Shown here piece after piece: positions 48,965 to 60,999 of a stretch of DNA of 64,000 nucleotides. The notes under the pieces are model-generated. The model was not told where the DNA came from, did not search any database, and saw only the letters and a list, made by a program, of their open reading frames with translations. The DNA is from Octopus sinensis (Eukaryota): assembly GCF_006345805.1 (NCBI RefSeq), contig NC_043013.1:45384001-45448000 (forward strand), read 5' to 3'. The first letter of the stretch is position 1; every line of letters starts with the position of its first letter. The position numbers and the translations under genes were made by a program.

Positions 48965-50776
48965 CAGTATCTCACAGAAGTATGTACACCCCTAAAAATT
49001 TTCAGTAAAATTGTCATTACTCTCATAACATCGAAGGAAATCAAACGAAATTTATGCTCAATATTATATACATGCAAACATTATACAAATTTGGAACGTA
49101 AAACAATAAACATTTTCAATGATATGAACGAAATATTAATTTTAAAGCGTTATAAAAATATGTTAAGGAAATTTGCTATATTCAATATTTTATCCATTTT
49201 TTTTTTTTACTAAATTCAGATATTGCTGATAATTTCAATTCTAATAAATTATTTCTCCTGGCATTTTTGCACCGGTTATTGTTATTGCATCTGCAGGAAT
49301 TCTGATTTGTGTACCGTGGTGAGAATCTTCTTCATTGTCATTAAAATGGCACCAAAAGGAAAAGAATTGTCTGAAGATTCGAAGAAAATTATTTTTAATT
49401 TGCACAAGAATGGTTTAGGATACAAGTTAATTAGCAAACGAATACATATTAGCATAATCACAGTTGCCAAAGTAATTCAGAAGTACAAAGCTACTGGACG
49501 GCTGAGCAATAAACATTGTCCACGTCATCCATCTATTTTAACTGTGCATGATATTCGCCACATCCAATGTTGGGTGATGGACGACAGGCGTCGTACCGCT
49601 TCATCTTTGGCCCAAGAAGTGTCTTCTGTTAGTGGAAAGAGTGTACCCACCCATACGGTTCGTCGAAGTTGGAACCAGTGTGGCCTTCATGGATGCATTC
49701 CTCGTAGGAATCCTCTTTTCATTACTAGGCATAAATCAAGTCGTCTTTCTTTTGCCAGAAACCCATAAAATTATTTCTTCTGACGAGACTAAAATCAATT
49801 TGTTTGGGTCAGATGGTATTCTTTTCTACTCCAGGCACAAGGCCCGAAATTTTGGGGGGAGGGGGCCAGTCGATTACATCGACCTCAGTATGCAGCTGGT
49901 ACTTAATTTATCGACCCCGAAAGGATGAAAGGCAAAGTCTACCTCGGCGGAATTTGAACTCAGAACGTAAAGATCACTAAGCATTTCGCCCGGTGTGCTA
50001 ACGTTTCTGCCAACTCGCCGCCTTTGTCAGATGGTATTAAACGAGTATAGCGACGACCGGGTGAAGATAATAGAGACAAATGCACCGTCCCTACTGTGAA
50101 ACACGGCGGCGGAAGTGTTATACTTTGGGGATGCAAGGGTGCGGCTGGTTTGGGAGGACTCACATTTATTGAGAGCACAATAGACTCAAGGATTTATTGT
50201 GACATATTGCAGAAAACAATGTTGAAAAGCATCAAGGAACTAGGAAGACATTCCATGCTCCAACATGGTAATGACCCTAAACACACCTCAAAGGTGACGA
50301 CTAAGTTTTTATCGGACAAAAAAGGTAAAGGTATTGCCTTAACCTACCATGTCACCTGATTGATACACAGTAGAACATCTGTGGGGAGTTTTGAAAAGGA
50401 AGGTTCAAGAGAGAAAAAAACCCGCAATGTAACCCAGATGAAAATCATCATTCATTGAGGATGAATGGAGGTTGATTTCATCGGTTATATGCGGAAATTT
50501 AATCGATTCTATGCCCAGAAGACTTAATGCAATCATTGAAAGCAAGAGTAGTCACACCAAATATTGAATATAGCAAATAATCCTTTAGGGTGTACATATT
50601 TTTGTATTGCTTGAAAATTAATATTTCATTCATATCTTTGAAAATGTTTAATGTTTTGTGCTCCTAATTTGTATAATGTTTGCATGTGTAATATATTTTA
50701 TTCAGTATAAATTTTGTTTGATTTCCTTTCTATATTATCAGAGTAATAGGGGTGTACAAGCTTCTGTGAGATACTG
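48965..50776 (+). mobile_element. Tc1-family DNA transposon, near full length, inactive
   Basis: TA TSDs. Long ~220-bp TIRs starting CAGTATCTCACAGAAG. SINE A inserted at 49821-50025 with 13-bp TSD GTCAGATGGTATT. Confidence 0.95.
49346..50567 (+). pseudogene. Tc1 transposase pseudogene
   Basis: MAPKGKELSEDSKK HTH start, SSDETKINLFGSDG, VKHGGGSVILWG, QHGNDPKHTS, SPD*...EHLW, HTKY*. Frameshifts, stops and a SINE insertion. Confidence 0.93.
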
Positions 50777-50808
50777 TATGTGTGTGCATACATACAAACA
50801 TACATACA

Positions 50809-50856
<48 letters not shown>

Positions 50857-50911
50857 ATATATATATAATATATACACATACATAATACATACATACATAC
50901 ATATATATATA

Positions 50912-50958
<47 letters not shown>

Positions 50959-51029
50959 TATATATATACACATACATAATACATACATACATACATTATA
51001 TATATATATATATAATATATAATATATAT

Positions 51030-51080
<51 letters not shown>

Positions 51081-51133
51081 ATATATATATAATATACACA
51101 TACATAATACATACATACATATATATATAATAT

Positions 51134-51207
<74 letters not shown>

Positions 51208-52211
51208 AATGTATCAATTCGAATGAATTAACATTCACGGTTCAACTAAAAATTCTCAGCATTCTTTTAAAGCAATAATATATATATATAAAATATATAG
51301 TAAAGAAGTATTTTGTTGAAGATATTTTCCCACGTGGGGAGTTGTGGGCTGAAAATAAATAATAAAGAAATGCACACAATATATTACACTTTTAATATAT
51401 TTTAGGTAGTCGTGGGCATCTGTCGTTCTCGAGAGAGACCATGGATCTGCGCCCATAGAAATCGTGTCAGCTGCTGATGGCGGTGCAGCGGCTGTTGTGG
51501 CCCTACAGACCCACACAGGAGTGGCAGTCATGAATACAGCGCCTGCATTTGAAAGAGCTCCCTGTCGGTGTTGCTGGTTTTTGTTCCTCCTGTTGAGTAC
51601 GCTCTTCTCTGATGGCGAGTACCTGTTTTTTTATTTTATTTCCGCTCTCTTTATTCCCTTTCACAGTTTTTGTCTCCAGCGTGGGCGATCATTTGCTCCG
51701 GTTTCGGGAGTAAATTTATATCGAAAATTACTTTCACACCATTAATTAGCCTATAAAAGTGTATCATTACACACAACAGAAAATTGACGCCGGCAGCCAA
51801 AGAGAAAAGATCCGTCGTTTGTGTGTAGAAAGTTGTGTGTGTGTATGTGTTGTGTAATGTGTGTAAATTGATGTGTTTGTAATATGTGTGTGACGTACTT
51901 AAACTACAATTATTTGACCCTTTGCCGTGAAGCTTTAAACAGTTGTAAATACACAATTTTAGTCGCTTCGCGCACAGAAAAATGAAAGCGGATTACTTCG
52001 TACAAAAAGTGGTGGGGAGGTTGTGTTTAAATATTTCAAGGTCTGTTTACCACTCATCATGAGACAACTAACTCCTGTTACTTCTGTCCTAAAGAGAGAG
52101 CTTTTAACACTTCAAACGCAAACTAAAACTACGCTGAAATGGTGAAAAACTGACCTGTCTCATGGGACAGTAACGGCTCGAACACCATTGTTCCCAGCTG
52201 TGACTATCCTG

Positions 52212-52659
52212 GGATCTTTTCGGTTAGAACGGCAGTTTTTTCTAGCGGTGTCATATGAAATTGTCACCCATAATTATGACCCTAGTATCGATCTATTGCA
52301 TTTCAATCTGTTTAAGGGTTGGGGTTAGTTAGGGTTAGTTAGGGTTAGGGTTAGGGGTGGAGGGAAGGATATTTTTTTTTTCTTTACAAATGTAAATAAA
52401 CCCCAATCTGTTTCTTAAATGAGGAACATATTCATACGGCACAGAATGGTTTTTTTACCTCAATAGACGTCATTGATTGGTTGAAATTTCAGAAATTGAA
52501 GAAAAAAAACAACAAATATCTTACAAACTATAGAATTTTCTCAATAAAGCCAAGAGAAAATGATGTTTTATAAACACATTCTACCAGTATACGAAGTTTA
52601 AAAGTGTTTAGTTACGTGGAAATTATTTTAAAAAACTGCCGTTCAAACCGAAAAGATCC
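52212..52659. mobile_element. GGATC-TIR MITE
   Basis: TIRs present. TSD CTATCCTG / TTATCCTG. Confidence 0.94.
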
Positions 52660-53353
52660 TTATCCTGTTTTTTAAGACTGCATTATTTAATGTACCCAAC
52701 TTTTTTTTTTAAGTGAGAGAAAGGCCATATGGTGTGATTTAAGGAAGCTTTTACTGTATTTCGAGCACGCTTAGCCACCATATACAACCTCCTTCTCTAC
52801 TTATTATAAAATATTATCTCTGCATTTTTATGCTATTTATGTCTGTTTTGCAGATGATCATTCATCACAGATTGAAAGCGGTTTAACTTCCGTCAAAGAG
52901 TAATGTTTTTACTTCGGCCAGGAAACAATGTTTTCAGCTCTAATAACGTTGTCACAAGCTCTGATAAAACTATTTATTATCATCAAGTTTTTGTGTAAAT
53001 CTGTCACAATTTATTTATAAATTGTCTTTTGTTTGATATCTGTTGACATAGTCGGTCTTTTATTCTTTTCAAATAACACATTGCTAGTGTGGGAGGTACA
53101 CCTAAATAATTCTAACTCCGGATATTTGCTCTATACCTGTTGACATGGCTACTCAAAATAGCGAAAAATAAACAAACTTCTGATTGCTGTTTTTGTTTAA
53201 CAAATGTCTTCATCTTAAACAAGCAAAATGCTGTCAATAAAATTACCTTCGGACATGTAAATCGAATAACTGGAATGCTATAAAAAGTAGACTATCTATA
53301 AGAAAACTGGTTTAAAAGCAGCTGAATCTGCAAGAATGATGGTTTGCTTAATT

Positions 53354-53852
53354 GAATCTTTTCGGTTTGAACGGCAGTTTTTAACATAATTTCTAGGTAA
53401 CTAAAAAATTTTAAACTTCGTATACTGGTAGAATGTGTTTATAAAACATCTTTTTCTCTTGGCTTTATTGAGAAAATTCTATAGTTTGTAAGATATTTGT
53501 TGGGTTTTTTTCTTCAATTTCTGCAATTTCAACCAATCAATGACCGTCTATTGAGGTGAAAACATTCTGTGCCGTATGAATATGTCCCTACTTTGTAAGA
53601 TATTTGTTGGGTTTTTTTCTTCAATTTCTGCAATTTCAACCAATCAATGACCGTCTATTGAGGTGAAAACATTCTGTGCCGTATGAATATGTCCCTCGTT
53701 TAAGAAACCTAACCCTAACCCTAACTAACTCTAACTGACCCTAACCCTAAAACAGATTGAAATGCAATAGATCGATACTAGGGTCATAATTATGGGTGAC
53801 AATTTCATATGACACCGCTAGAAAAAAACTGCCGTTCAAACCGAACAGATCC
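53354..53852. mobile_element. GGATC-TIR MITE with internal ~107-bp tandem duplication
   Basis: Perfect TSD GCTTAATT. Segment ~53484-53589 is repeated at ~53592-53697. Confidence 0.94.
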
Positions 53853-54183
53853 GCTTAATTCCTAAAATGCTCTCGTAGATATTCTCTTCAAAGCGACACG
53901 CTGGCAACATTTTTTCGACCGAATGGCAAATCCAGTTTATTAATTTTCATTCATCGTAAATAATACTCTAAACTCAGTGAGCTTGTTAAAAACATTTTTT
54001 ACAGGCGACAGAGGTAATATTAACACTAAGAGGTAATATTTATCCCCACTTAAACGCTGATGTTCTTTAATATAATAATATATTTTTAAAATATATATAC
54101 TTCGTATTAATTTTTAAGTTTAATTGGTTTTACATGCCGGCTACTTCATAAAATCTTATATAGATTTTATCCATATTTTTAAT

Positions 54184-54276
<93 letters not shown>

Positions 54277-54326
54277 TGTCGTCTGTCTATCTACTCCTCA
54301 TTTCGAGCATTCAACGACAATATGAT

Positions 54327-54673
54327 TCTTCAAAGACAGTTGCTCCCATAAATTCTAAAATAAATATACCATTTATGGAGGGTCAAAGTTGGGAACGAAA
54401 ACAGGACAGTGGAGACATACAAGGAAACCGAACGAAAACAAACATGGAGTATTGTGAGACCAGAACAAGAGGAAAATAGTGAACGCTGGGAGAAACATTT
54501 TTGTTTGAAAAGAGAAGAGATTGAAGAGAGATAGAAGAAAACACGTGGGCTCTTTTGAACGTCGGTGCACGAAAAGAAAGATGTTTCCGCTGTCATGTTT
54601 TTGTTCCCAACTTTGATCCTCCATAAATCCTATATTCTATATTAGAATTTATGGGAGCAACTGTCTTTGAAGA
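54327..54673. mobile_element. MITE-like element with ~95-bp TIRs
   Basis: TCTTCAAAGACAGTTGCTCCCATAAATTCTA... at the left and its reverse complement at the right. TSD unclear. Confidence 0.7.
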
Positions 54674-56439
54674 CTCAATAAGAGCCAGTAGTAGTTGCTG
54701 CTGTTGTAAGACCCTAGACCAGTGCTGATCGATCAGATAAATCTATTGTCGAAAGCATTCCAGACATGACCATCTTGCCTTTTAAAAGATAACTCTGTTT
54801 TCATTATTCATTGTATCCTACCCTCTTTGTAAAATGGTAGAGTACAATCAGAAAGAGATATGGCTGCTAATTCTAGCACTTCGAGCGACCGCGTAGAGGT
54901 TCCTTCTGACCAAGTGAAGGAAATACTCGCTGCGCTGGTGATCGCTGTTCTAAAAGAAAACCAATCATTTTAAAGGAGCATTGTAAGTCTGAACCCACCC
55001 ACCACTAAACTGCAAGTTTGCTTAATATAATCATCTCATACCAACATACATGAATCACTTGGCTGTTGAATGAATGCGTTGGAAATGAAACTACGAACTT
55101 TGCCAGAATCCTTAATCCTTTTCCTGTTCAAATTATTTCAACCAGTTTGTCATAAACATCCATGCTTCTTTTCATACGTTCTGAATAACATAAAGCTTTC
55201 TTTTCATAAGTCCCAAATTACTTTAGAGACTGAAAAAAAATTGGGATTGTATATCGTATGTGATGCGTGGATGTCTAGGAAATATGTCTTGTGTACTTTT
55301 GTATGTATAACATGTGATACGCAGGACAGGCAAAGTGTTAATTTCATTTTTGTAGGCATGAATGTGCAGAAGCCAGAACTTGGTCAGGATTTTGCTAATA
55401 AAATAATATGGAATTCATCGAGGAAAAGAGAGGGAATCTAAAGAGATGGTTCTAACAAAATGTCAAACTGGAGGAAGTTCCACAGTTGCGAAGGAATTCA
55501 ACGCGACAGTTGAATAAATCACTTCGTAATTGAATCAAATGGTAATAAGAAGACTAGATTACATTCTAGTGGTGAGCGGGAAATGAAGTTTAACAAGTGA
55601 AAATATTGATTGACAATAATACTGCTTGTATTTCTAGAATGCTCTCTGGTCAAAATATTCACGATTTCATGAGAATACGTTATACTGCTAGATACGCTAC
55701 ACTGCTAGGTAACTGGCGTAGAAAAAATATATACGTATTTGAATTTGTTGAGTGCATTAACTTTGTCGGTTTGCAAAACATATGAATGATATCTGCATTG
55801 TCACTTCTAACAAATTAACTGTAGGTGAACCAGCTACATCTTGCTTAGTAATGAAATTTTCATTTATTTGTACCTGCTGCATCACTGTTTACAGGAAAGA
55901 CATCTGTCAGCGTGCGATTTAATAAAACATGTCGATATTGGTAACTAATTGGAATCGTAAAAGGTGGTCAAGCCAGCGATGAAGACTTCTAAGTGGTTAT
56001 TGCTTGACCCTCTAAAAATAGAGACTAAATCGATCTGGATTCACAACTTAAACAAAGCAGTATATATTGAAGAATGCAATCATAAATAGATTGTCTGAAA
56101 ATAAGACTGGGTGGCCACAGATGAAGCACTTTGATTATAGGTCTGCTTGATCGGGGCTGACTTCGGCCCAAACAATAAGAACGACAATATAAAAGACAGC
56201 AATATCCATCTAAAGTGGTGCTTCAAGTCAGGCATATCGCAGTATTCCTGATGGAAGAATTTCCAATGAAGGGAGACCTCAAAGTAGTCGTCCAACTTGC
56301 TAGAAATAACAGCTTAATCTCATTCAAATCACACATTAACATTTCTAAAAAGAAAAGTTTTTGCAAATCAAGGATGACTTGATATCAACATACACCATGG
56401 CTTTCGCTGATGGTTTAGACGCCCATCGAGTAATAAATT

Positions 56440-57200
56440 CGTGGAAGCGGACTCAGCAATATTTCCTTTTTCCAGAGAAGGGATTAACCCCGAAGAAGAT
56501 GTGTCGCAATAGACATGCCATGAAGATAAAAGTACTCCATGGTAGCATTTGTTGGCACCGCAGCAAAATTAAATGCAACGAATGTGTGTGTGAGAAAAAG
56601 GACATGGTTCAAAAGTGGCACTTTTTCTCTTAGAACTGTATCTAATTTTCCCTAATCATGGGACAAGGAATTGATTACTATCTGGGTTTTTTTGCATGGA
56701 AGCGTTGGGTATGAGCTACAGCACAACTGTTGATTATAACAGCTATGTCCGTGAAATATGTGTGGAAGATCCACTCTGCAAGTCATTCAAGGTAGGCGGT
56801 CCTGAGAGAAAAAAAATGTTAAAACCAGTGAAACAATGTTTTCGAGACGTATGTATAGTCGAAGAAGGGTGCTACCTGAACAAGTTCTATTTCGACAGTT
56901 TATATCTCGAAACACAACCTTGTAACAATCATGACATTGGAGATTTAGATCTACCGGATACCACGATACGCAATGGTTTGTGGTGAGCATACTCGTGCAT
57001 ACCAGAAATAACAAAATAAAATTTCCAGTCAGAACGGTGAATGACAGCGTTGGGTTCGTCTACTCGCAAGACGGCACTCATTTGCAGCAAGAGGAAAGCA
57101 CTTGGACCGGCCTCAAACGAGGAAATAAACGGTGCTGTTCATGTGGAGGTGCAGGTACGAAAATTGCGACCGCTAGCAAAAACTGTTTGGGTGCATCGCA
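56440..57200 (+). pseudogene. Merlin (IS1016/IS1595-ISXO2-like) transposase remnant
   Basis: Frameshifted segments ALGMSYSTTVDYNSYVREIC...KVGGP, LPDTTIRNGLW*AYSCI and RTVNDSVGFVYSQDGTHLQQEESTWTGLK match the recalled Merlin/ISXO2 motifs (T.VDW..F.REVC..IGGP; PGT.I.SD.W.AY; H.TVNHS..FV....G.HTQ.IES.W...K). Confidence 0.8.
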
Positions 57201-58372
57201 CAATTTTCATTTTCGTTAACTTGTTTTCTTTCTTTCTCTCTTTCGTTTCGTAACTACAATTTTTTTTTCATATCTAAACGTTTTTATTTTATTTCACCAA
57301 TTCTTTTAATCTTTAAAGGGGTTTCGTAACGTTTAATTTTTTTACTTATAAAAGAAAGAAAGAAAGAAAGGAAGAAGAAAGGAAAGAAAATGCAACTTTC
57401 AAGGTTTCGTAATGTTTTTATTGTCTAATTGTCAACACTTGAAAATTATGAGTTTTTTATGTCGACGATGGAGGTTTCCGATTGGCTAAAATTTTAAACT
57501 TTAGTGGTTTGCAACTTTTAAATTATTCCTTTGTGTAAAAAATGAAAGCGATTTTCGTAATTAGCATACAAAACTGCATCAGTGTGAAAAAAACAAAAAA
57601 CAACCCAAAATTGATGGAAAGTATAAGATTATATAGGCAGCGAAAGATCAAATTATCGTGATGCCTAGAATTATTTTGTCTACGATAAAGAATTTAGAAA
57701 CACTTCTTTACATAATATATACAACATTCCACGGATAAACAGTTAATAAACCCCAGTTTAAAGGAATGATTCGAATTTCTGAATATGGTAAAGTCTCAAA
57801 ATAAATTTGATGTCAAAAATAGTTGACAGTAAAAATATTCGGAAAATAAATTGTGAGCTAAAAGTGGAGTGCTTCTGAAAGAGGTAGAGGACGGGATAGA
57901 CCCCAGAACCATCTATAGTGTGTAAAGGTACCCTATAAAAACTATTCGGTCATGAATGACCAAGGGACTGCACTTAGAAAGTTCCCCTACGAAGCTCAAG
58001 TCTGGTCAAGCTTGTTTGTGGAAGAACAGCAGTCGCCCATGCATATCGGTCTCCCTCTCTCCACGCCACCGATGTTATCCAAGGGAAAGGCAAATATCAA
58101 TACAGTTTGGCACCAGTGACGTTGCAACTCATTTCTGCAGCTGAGTGAACTGGAGCAACGTGAAATAAAGTGTCTTGCTCAAGAGCACAACACACAGTCC
58201 GGGAATCGAACTCACCTCATGACTGTAGGCCCGACGCTCTTACCACTGTGTCATATACTTTCAATGAAGTATTGTAGAATCCGTAAAAACAATAATTTTA
58301 TTGAAACTAGAAATATTTTGGTTGAATTCGAAATAAAATTGGTAAAAAAAATAGTAATAATAACAACCGTAA

Positions 58373-58742
58373 ATCCTCAAGTATAGTCCGCCCTTGAGTA
58401 TAATACGCAGGGGATTTTTAGGGGGCTGTACCTCTGAAAAACCTAAACCTTGTATATAATACGCACCCCTTCTCTAACTTGAGTCAAGGAGATCTATATA
58501 ACGTCCTTGGTTTGTAAAAATGTATACAGTAACGTCCTTTATTATTGCCCTCTTGCCTTCTTTATCTTTGGTATCTGTTTAATTTCATCTTTATTTCTTC
58601 TCCATAACCTGACATTGCTTTCGTCAACATCAAATTTTCTTCCGGCAGCCCTATTACCATGCTCTTCAGCATATGATATAACTTTCAAGTTTAAGCATAG
58701 CTGAATAAGATCTACGAGGCATTTTATGGGCATGTAATGCAT
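58373..58742 (-). mobile_element. pogo (POGK/BrkDBD-like) transposon remnant
   Basis: Minus-strand LKVISYAEEHGNRAAGRKFDVDESNVRLWRRNK matches the Brinker-type HTH of pogo transposases. Terminus GCGTATTATACTCAAGGGCGGACTATACTTGAGGATTTACGG is a pogo-type end. Confidence 0.8.
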
Positions 58743-59117
58743 AAAATGTTTTACTAGAGATTAATGTACAGGTCTAAGTCCCGCTTATAAAAAAAACCCT
58801 AGTAAAGACCCACAGTAGTTCAAACATTTAATACTGGTATTTAATTAAGTATCTATTGTTTGCCACGATAATGATGCAAACTGCCAATACAAACAGCAGG
58901 ATAAACTATTTAGCGCTAAACTATTAAGCACAATTTGTGCGTAATTAATCCAGCAGCACCAAGTCGAACAAACACTAATAATGGTGATGTTCTTAACTGT
59001 TATATGGGAATGTAAATATGTTTGCAAATTGTTTTTGTTACATATTATTCTGTGTTCTGAATACTTTTATTTTAATAAATGTTGCTTACTGCAAGTTATG
59101 GATGATTCTTTTATGAC

Positions 59118-59187
59118 TTCATTGCTTTCATTGCTTTCATTGCTTTCATTGCTTTCATTGCTTTCATTGCTTTCATGACTTCATTGC
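59118..59187. repeat. 9-bp tandem repeat (TTCATTGCT)n, about 7 units
   Basis: Direct reading of the sequence. Confidence 0.95.
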
Positions 59188-59818
59188 TCAATATTTTGCA
59201 CTGAAAATTATAGATGCATTTGGGAAGCTCGATTAAGGATAAGGTTATATTGAAATACATCTCTGAGTATGAAAAAGAAGCAGAGGTTGAAGCTATTTAA
59301 TTTGATTCAGTAGTTGAGCTTTATATGATTAAATGATAAATGCATCAGCATCTCAGGATGCACTACAAGGACTTCTGATATCAAATGTTGTTGTTGATGA
59401 CGTGCTTTTGAAGAACTTTAGTATGTGGCGACCGAAGTAGTAATAATTTTTATTAAAATATGATTCTTTTTATTGTATGTCCAGAAAATAATACTAAAAG
59501 GATAGCTGGAACAACGATGTGAACTTGCCTTTTTACCTTTTCATATGGCCAATTCCGAGGGAAAGGAGAGGAGATATCGACTCGAGTAACACAATTCGTA
59601 CATTATTTATCGATTCCGAAGGGATAGACGGCGAAGTTGGCTTCGGCCATATTTGAACTCAATGTGCAGAAAACCGGAACAAATGCCGCTTTAATGACAC
59701 CGTTGATTCACAGCCTTACTAAAAATAAGCGAATAAAATCAAAATCTTTACTGCTTCATTTATTTTAAAAATATCTAAAGCTGTGAACCAGTGTATTAAA
59801 AGTATATATATATAATAT

Positions 59819-60999
59819 TAATTCTGAAATAAATGTATTCAGTAACCATTTCGTCTTTAACGAACCATGTCTAATGATGTAATGAAATGAATAACCGTTA
59901 AATTGACGAGATCAAAGATTAGTGTAAACAGAATGAACAGAGTCCTACTGATAGTCGCGAGAAGCAATGAAGAGTTTACAATTTAATGGGGAAAATACTC
60001 ACAGTGCACTTTAAAACATTTTAAATATATTGTGGTATAATATTAAACCTGCCGTAAGTCACTCAGTAAATCCATTGCAAATATATTGTAAAATCAAGGT
60101 TATACTTGACACCAACAGCTGCGACGGGTCAGGTTAAACCCGGACAATGCTCGACCCACAGCAACTTTGTCCGGATTCGCCAAATAATGTAACGTCATAC
60201 GTACCAGTTCAACTGATCTGGGTCTTGTTACAAAGCTTATCAACTATATAATCACAGAATGCGTCGTTTGTAATCAAGGAGTTTCTCCAGTCAAGCCGCG
60301 ACGTCGAAACAAGAGAGCAAGGCTCCGGGTCTATGGACAGGTAATTAGAATGACGCAAGAAAGAATCGCAAAACAGATTCTTCAAGCTGAACCAAGCTGC
60401 AGGAGACCGAGGGGGTACACCTCATTGTCATTCACCTCATTAATGTCCGTGTCCAGCCCGCAAGCTACCTTACTCTGCGTACTGCATTTATGGCAAATTT
60501 TATAAAATAAGGTAGGAGGAGGAAAAAACACTTATTTAAACCCGTCGGTGCTTTTCTTCTGAGTTTGAACATATAACATTGTTCTTTAGACAAAATCTAC
60601 AGATGCTGCTTGGTAAATATGCAGGAAAAGTTTGTACGATGTAGTGCGGTGATATTTGTAGTTTGACTGATGTAGGCTCAAGAAGCGCCTAATAATTGTA
60701 TATAAAACTAAGGACATGTCAAATACTGAGCAGCTCTCACTTACTCTGCTAAACCAAGCTGCAACGACAAAGAAAAGTAGTACAATATATGTAGAGGTCT
60801 TGATTGATTTGTGAAGAGCTGGTCAACAAGCGGTGCAGATTATTTCACCGATTTGTTTGCCGTGAAACCTTCATTCCTGTTTTGAATTGTTTACGCTAAT
60901 CTTTGATCTCGTCTATTTAACTGTAATTCATTTCATTACATCATTAGACATGGTTCATTAAAGATGAAATGGTTAGTGAATACATTTATTTCAGTATTA
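59819..60999. mobile_element. ~1.2-kb element with ~112-bp TIRs
   Basis: 59819-59930 is an imperfect reverse complement of 60888-60999. Confidence 0.7.
60300..60420 (+). pseudogene. RTE LINE C-terminal fragment
   Basis: RARLRVYGQVIRMTQERIAKQILQAEPSCRRPRG resembles the RTE motif RLRWFGHV.RM...RI.KQ.L.....RPRGRP. Confidence 0.65.
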
